Shown here in pieces: positions 60,867-64,000 of a DNA stretch of 64,000 nt. Under the pieces are notes generated by a model. That model was not told where the DNA came from and searched no databases. It saw only the letters and a list, made by a program, of their open reading frames with translations. Numbering within the stretch: the stretch's first letter is position 1; each line of letters begins with the position of its first letter. Origin of the DNA: Candidatus Magasanikiibacteriota bacterium (GTDB lineage Bacteria > Patescibacteriota > Patescibacteriia > Magasanikbacterales > UBA922); NCBI GenBank assembly GCA_041674805.1, contig JBAYVA010000001.1, positions 326,612 through 390,611 of the forward strand. Reading direction: 5' to 3'. A program made the position numbers and the translations under genes.

Positions 60867-62912
60867 TTATTCTTTTTCATTATTAATAAAAGTACCTAGA
60901 AACAACCAACCACCATCACGCTTTTTGAACCAAGGTACTACAAATCTAAGCATCACACGAGTAATGATAATCGCACTAAACATAGACAAAGATACACCAA
61001 GGAAAAGAGTAATAGCAAAACCTTTGACAAAACTTGTACCAAACCAAATCAACAATAAACAAGTAATCAAAGTTGACATATTACCATCAAAAATAGATGA
61101 CCACGCACGTTTGAAACCTTCTTCTACTGCTGCTTTTAAACTTTTACCACTTCTCAATTCTTCTTTTAGACGTTCAAAAATAAGAACATTAGCATCAACT
61201 GCCATACCAATAGAAAGTATGAAACCAGCAATACCAGCCAAAGTCAACGTAACTCCTATCAACTTGAAAATAGCCAAAGTCAACGTAATATAAAGAGATA
61301 AAGCAATGACAGACAACAAACCAGGCAATCTATAATAAAACAACATAAATAACATGACCAAAATCACACCAACAATACCAGCATACAAACTAGAAGAAAC
61401 AGATCTATCACCTAGACTTGCTCCGACTGTTTGTTGAGAAATAAGATTTACAGGTACTGGCAAAGCACCAGCATTCAATCTTTGTGAAAGCAATCTAGCT
61501 TCTTGTAAGGTAAAACTACCAGTAATAACAGCACGTCCATCAGTAATAGCAACTTGTACAACTGGAGCACTAATTATTTCATTGTCCAAAAATATTGCAA
61601 CTTGTTGACCAACATTACGTTTGGTAATATCTGCAAAAAAATCTTTACCTTCACTATCAAAATTCAAAGCTACTTGAATAGCACCAGTTTGACCATCACT
61701 AACTACTTCAGAACGTTCTAGATTTTTACCAGATAAACTAGTATTTTTCCAAGGTTCTTGTGGAGGCAAAATATCTGTAGAAGATTTGGTATTTACCAAA
61801 ATTCTCCACATTTCGTATTCTTTGGTAGTTCTTTCATCTTTTTTGAAAATGACATGATAACCAAATTGAGTTTCTACTGGTCCAATGATTTGACCTTTTT
61901 CTGCAGGAAATATAGCATTTTCAAATTCTGTTACCATCATACCAGCAGAAAACCAGCCAAGTTCACCACTGTTTTGTGCTACACTTGGATCTGTAGAATT
62001 AGTTTTGGCTAATTCAGCAAAATTATCAGCAGTCGCTTGATCATAAATTTCTTGAGCTTTTGCCAAAGCTTGTTCTTTGGTAAAATTTTCTGTATTACAA
62101 TTGGTAGCACCAGTATAACAAATCAAAATATGACTTGCTTCAACTTCTTTTTGTCCTTCACGTTCCTCACCTCTTTTGACGATATTGAAACCTTCAGTAT
62201 TTTCAATCAAAGTTTTACTGACTTCATTTACTTTGGCAGTCTTTGCCCAATCGTATAATTCAGTATAAACAGAACTACTACCAACATAATCTAAATATCC
62301 ACCATTGTTTTTACTATTTTCATCCTCAGAACTTTCACGTGCAATATCTTCAAAAACACTATTTTTTACTTTTGTTTTTTTCAATAAATCATTTGCTTTT
62401 ATTTTTGCTTCTTTATTATAAGTATCTAATTCTTTTTGTTCATCAGCGGTCAATTCACGAGCTGGTTCATTGTTTATTTCTTTGAATTCCAAAATAGGTG
62501 TAGTACCAATCATCGCAATAGCTTGATCTACATCAGAGACACCTGGTAATTCAATAATAATTCTATGTGCATTTCCTACTTCTGTTGTTTGTACTTGTGC
62601 TTCAGAAACACCAAGACCATTTATTCTTTTTTCAATTACATCACGCACACCTTCTACAGCAGCACCTTCTTCACCAGCTTGAATATTACTTGTGTCAGCT
62701 TCATAAACCAAATGAGCACCACCTTGCAAATCAAGACCTAAACGAAATTGTTTTTCAGGAAAATGAGGCAAACCTAATTTGACAGTAGTATTCACCCAAT
62801 CAATACCTTTGTTAAAAAATTGTGGACTAACAAATACACTAGATATGAATAAAAGTGCAATGATTCCAAAAATTCCCCATCTTAATTTGCCACGAATATT
62901 TGCTTTTGTCAT
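60867..62912 (-). CDS. secD: Protein translocase subunit SecD with inserted parvulin PPIase domains
   Basis: LGLDLQGG, RINGLGVSE, GMAVDANVLIFERLKEE; insert ASHILI...GELGWF..GMMVTEFE...ETQFGYHVI. Confidence 0.93.
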   Translation of the reverse strand: MTKANIRGKLRWGIFGIIALLFISSVFVSPQFFNKGIDWVNTTVKLGLPHFPEKQFRLGLDLQGGAHLVYEADTSNIQAGEEGAAVEGVRDVIEKRINGLGVSEAQVQTTEVGNAHRIIIELPGVSDVDQAIAMIGTTPILEFKEINNEPARELTADEQKELDTYNKEAKIKANDLLKKTKVKNSVFEDIARESSEDENSKNNGGYLDYVGSSSVYTELYDWAKTAKVNEVSKTLIENTEGFNIVKRGEEREGQKEVEASHILICYTGATNCNTENFTKEQALAKAQEIYDQATADNFAELAKTNSTDPSVAQNSGELGWFSAGMMVTEFENAIFPAEKGQIIGPVETQFGYHVIFKKDERTTKEYEMWRILVNTKSSTDILPPQEPWKNTSLSGKNLERSEVVSDGQTGAIQVALNFDSEGKDFFADITKRNVGQQVAIFLDNEIISAPVVQVAITDGRAVITGSFTLQEARLLSQRLNAGALPVPVNLISQQTVGASLGDRSVSSSLYAGIVGVILVMLFMLFYYRLPGLLSVIALSLYITLTLAIFKLIGVTLTLAGIAGFILSIGMAVDANVLIFERLKEELRSGKSLKAAVEEGFKRAWSSIFDGNMSTLITCLLLIWFGTSFVKGFAITLFLGVSLSMFSAIIITRVMLRFVVPWFKKRDGGWLFLGTFINNEKE

Positions 62913-63282
62913 AAACTTATTTTTTTCAACAAAATCGTTGAATTATTATTTTTTAAATACTTAAAACTTCTCTACTAAAATAATAGTAGTCAATTGGTCA
63001 ATATTGTATCTATTTACCAATAAAAAGTCAAGCATACTTAGTAACAATAATAGCTTGACAAGTTATATAGCTCTATTTAGCAATACGCTTTCAAATTGAT
63101 TATTATTTCAATCTAAAATTTACAACTCCAAATACCAACTTCTAAATTTAAAATAATTTATATTTAAAGTTTTAAATATTAAAAAAACAACACCAAATAT
63201 AAGTGTTGTTGCAAAAAATAAAAAAGATTTTTGTCGCCCGCCGTCGCCCCAAAGTTTGGGACGGCGGCGAGCATGACGCAGT

Positions 63283-63423
63283 TCATTGATGCCTTCTTTT
63301 TGTCTTGAGCACCACCCACCTTCCTCTCGTTCGTCTGAGCCAGCGGACGAAACGGAAAGTTGAATAGCACACCAAAACTGAAAAGCAAACAGCAATTACT
63401 GCGAAAATGATCAAAATAATCAT
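63283..63423 (-). CDS. Small membrane peptide (46 aa, TM + basic tail)
   Basis: SD AAGGAG; MIILIIFAVIAVCFSVLVCYSTFRFVRWLRRTRGRWVVLKTKRRHQ; promoter TTGACA-17-TAATTT at 63492-63464. Confidence 0.55.
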   Translation of the reverse strand: MIILIIFAVIAVCFSVLVCYSTFRFVRWLRRTRGRWVVLKTKRRHQ

Positions 63424-63629
63424 GCCCAACTCCTTTGTCTCTGCCCCTCGCAGAGAACACCTAAAATTAGCATATTTTTTCAAAAATGTCAATAAAAAAA
63501 GACAGCCACAAAGCTGTCATAATAATCTGTGTAATCTTTTTAAACTCAGTAAAATCAGTGTCTGAAGTGAAGGCGCGCCCGGATTGTGGATCCAGGCGGG
63601 CCATAATTTTTTTTCTGAAATAGACGACG

Positions 63630-63734
63630 CTAGTCGCTTTCGTCTGGTTCAGAAGCCCTCTCTCGCTTGTCTACCATCCATGACCAAACGAGGCAGGCGA
63701 CAGCAAGAACAGCGAGAATGATTTTGTACTCCAT
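63630..63734 (-). CDS. Small membrane peptide (34 aa, TM + charged tail)
   Basis: SD-like GAGGG; MEYKIILAVLAVACLVWSWMVDKRERASEPDESD; promoter TTGACT-17-TATTAT at 63800-63772. Confidence 0.55.
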   Translation of the reverse strand: MEYKIILAVLAVACLVWSWMVDKRERASEPDESD

Positions 63735-64000
63735 GGTTCCCTCACTACCCGCGAATTGCAGGATTAACAAAATAATAGCAAAAAACAGCCAAAAAGTCAA
63801 TGCTTTAGCCAAAATTTGAGTATTTTAGTATGATTCTTTTAAAATAAAAAACTCTCGTTTTTGACGAGAGTTTGTATTCAAGATACAAGTTACAAGAAAC
63901 AAATTCCAAATACCAATTTATTTTTGATTTAGGATTTATGATTTTTGATTTGTTTGTATCTTGTTTCTTGTTATTTAAACAACTATTTAGGATCCATGAC

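Noticed and set aside
63120-63460. Alternative overlapping ORFs (91 and 93 aa)
   Set aside because: They lack an SD, run through the GC hairpin and use non-ATG starts; the 46-aa frame fits the promoter and SD better.

Overview
AT-rich (visually about 30% GC) bacterial chromosome segment in genetic code 11, with almost all genes on the minus strand. The gene content points to a Patescibacteria/CPR bacterium, probably ABY1/Magasanikbacteria-like (inference): short AlaRS, RpoA without a CTD, translin, a TraD/HerA-like ATPase, pilin/PilM/PilD/ComEC, and GAGC-lipobox lipoproteins. Housekeeping genes are greA, recQ, ftsEX, a PrsA-like PPIase, the infA-rpmJ-rpsMKD-rpoA-rplQ-rplM-rpsI cluster, alaS, mnmA, ftsW/murG, rpmA, gatCA, ligA and secDF, plus tRNA-Lys, -Thr and -Ser. 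An accessory island at about 30.8-41.2 kb holds a type I R-M operon with a fused CapRel-like toxSAS and an RxxxxH (HEPN-like) gene translationally coupled between hsdM and hsdS. A Fic gene lies before hsdR and a RhuM-Doc gene lies upstream. The most striking non-coding findings are: (i) a tRNA-Ser(GGA) locus with a small GIY-YIG nuclease gene and duplicated tRNA fragments, each interrupted at CCTTG^GAA by a modular palindromic element that also occurs at 27.7 kb; (ii) a tRNA-Gly-like RNA whose anticodon arm is replaced by a 14-bp hairpin; (iii) an unannotated GC-rich structured small RNA with its own sigma70 promoter; (iv) two GC-rich monocistronic small membrane-peptide units; (v) short 7-9 bp repeat arrays, both intergenic and in-frame within genes. 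All protein calls come from motif recognition by eye; no database searches were run.
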